Shown: positions 1 to 64,000 of the stretch, in pieces
Position numbering within the stretch: position 1 is the stretch's first letter
Layout: every line of letters begins with the position of its first letter
Assembly (NCBI RefSeq): GCF_001194135.2
Contig: NC_068982.1
Span: 115,087,548-115,151,547, forward strand
Direction: 5' to 3'
Source: Octopus bimaculoides
Lineage: Eukaryota
DNA length: 64,000 bases
Notes under the pieces: generated by a model
The model's database searches: none
What the model was told of the DNA's origin: nothing
The model's input: the letters and a program-made list of their open reading frames with translations, nothing else
Program-made: the position numbers and the translations under genes

Positions 1-218
1 AATCATTTTCTCTGTTTTGCCCAATTTTCTAATTTAATTTTGTAAAACAGTATATTATATTCAAATATGAAAATTGTCTTTTCATAAAATGTCCTATAAT
101 TGAGTGCAAATATTCTCTCACTCCTTCACTCTCTCCTCTCCTTTCTGTTCAACAATATGTTAGACATATTTGTATTTTGTTTCACTTTTATATTGTTTTA
201 CTTTTAATAGTTTCACTA

Positions 219-280
<62 letters not shown>

Positions 281-333
281 TACATGCATGTATATATGTA
301 TGTTTGTATGTATGTATGTGTGTATGTATATGT
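219..333. repeat. Compound microsatellite (TG)/(TA)n/(CA)n/(TATG)n
   Basis: Read directly from the sequence. Confidence 0.95.
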
Positions 334-1344
334 AGCGGGTTGGATGTGATACGCCATATCAATTCGATATGATGTAACCCACTACTAAATGTAGCATGTA
401 GATGTAACACTTAAAGGTTCTCGCATTGGAATAACCAGTAAACATCGAAGAATCAACACCAAGAAGAAAGAAATATCATTTACATATATTATTCGTTTGC
501 CTGACATGTTGTTAAAGAGGCACTAGCAATTCTAGTGATAGTAACAACAAGGATGGCTCGCTGGTTAGTAGTTGATAGTGTAGAAAAAGGTTGTCTGTCA
601 GTAGAGAGTGAAAGAGACTTGCAGCTAAAGTTGACAAGTTTGAAACCGAATGTATCTGCACTAGCTGCATTGCACCAGATACGTGGTACTCATTAAAAAG
701 TTGTTTTCTTTTCCTTTATAATACAATCATTAATTATTTTTGCATCAGTAGTTCTGATCAATGGTTCAAAATGGGGAAAATAAAACTCAGTGTGAAGGAA
801 AATGCAAGTTTACCAAAGTTAATCTGGCTGCATAATATAGAACTAACGTTAGAATTTTATTCACATTAATGACAAAACTAAACCCACAATAAGGGATTTG
901 TAAACTATGTATATTTAAGTCCAAACTGGGCAACGAGTCTACTATATAGTGTGTGTGTGTCAAATGATAGAAGGGGGATTCACTTGAGGACTTAGTGTTG
1001 GTGAGGGTTGTGTCAGAGTTTTTTTTTTTTTACACAGGTGGATGATGGAGCATTTTTGGGTTGATAGGAAGGTGATGTTGCAATTTGGTGCAAAAAGTTT
1101 GGGAAACACTGCTCTGTACCCTCATGCTAACTCAATCTAGCCTCTCTTACTGTTCTACCTTTCCTATGCCCCACCCCAAACATCTCATCACTACCATCTT
1201 TATTTCTCTTTCTGAGAAATAAAGATGGCAATGATGAGCAGCTATGTATCTCTTCTATAGAAAGAAACTTGTTCTTGCCTTCCTTCATACTCTAACCTTT
1301 CATCATCAAGCATAAGGATGCCTCTCTCTCTACTAATGAGGATC

Positions 1345-1543
1345 TTAGTCTTGCAAGCTATATGGTGACCTCATTAGTGCTGGTATCACAAAAAAAAGCA
1401 CTTAGTACACTCTGTCAAATGGTTGGTGTTAGGAAGGGCATCCAGCCATAGAGCCCATGCCAAAGCAGACATTGTCAGATCCTATCAAACAGTCCAAACC
1501 ATGCTAGCATGGTAGATTAATGTTAAAAGACGATGATGATGAT
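1345..1543 (+). mobile_element. Degenerate RTE 3'-end or RTE-tailed SINE copy
   Basis: gttaggaagggcatccagc, catgctagcatg and a (GAT)n tail shared with the RTE copies at 46672 and 48661. Confidence 0.75.
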
Positions 1544-1780
1544 CCTTTACTTTGGAGATTAAGGTCTACCACACTGTTAGTTTTTTTTTATGTATGTAAC
1601 AAAGCTTGCTTTAACATTGTAAAATGTGAGTAGCTCTCTTTTCATCATGGTTTAGAAATCACCTCAGCTGGGAACTATGCCTGTCAATTAAATGCTTTCA
1701 TGTTCATTTAAGATATGTGGCAGAAAAGTTTGATTAACAAAATGCTTTCTCAGTCTTTTAGATTTGCTGTCAAAGGAAAG

Positions 1781-64000
<62,220 letters not shown>

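Noticed and set aside
1-700. Head-to-head partner gene (NPAT as in vertebrates) or a defined promoter
   Set aside because: No recognisable coding exon or convincing core promoter; too little upstream sequence.

Overview
AT-rich eukaryotic DNA, dense in microsatellites and retroposons. The repeat content looks like an octopus or other coleoid cephalopod; this is inferred from the sequence, not from a database hit. The window is almost entirely one + strand gene, ATM (PIKK-family DNA-damage kinase). I traced by hand 44 phase-compatible coding exons from the ATG at 1781 to the window end: 6744 nt, about 2248 aa, covering the TAN motif, the HEAT solenoid and the start of the FAT domain. The kinase and FATC domains lie beyond the window. 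Introns hold RTE-clade LINE fragments and their (GAT)n-tailed 3' ends, three tRNA-type SINE families, mariner-family relics, MITEs, Helitron-like termini, two Penelope-like terminal repeats and four N gaps. The best second-look items are: two decayed minimal hammerhead-ribozyme motifs; a probable GC-AG intron; an RTE 3'UTR module whose stems are conserved while its loops vary, expanded into a 62-bp array; an apparent 1-nt intron slide relative to human ATM; duplications at splice sites; and loss of the S1981-type SQ motif. I found no convincing wholly new gene system. Comparisons with human ATM are from memory of the sequence and exon map and should be re-aligned.
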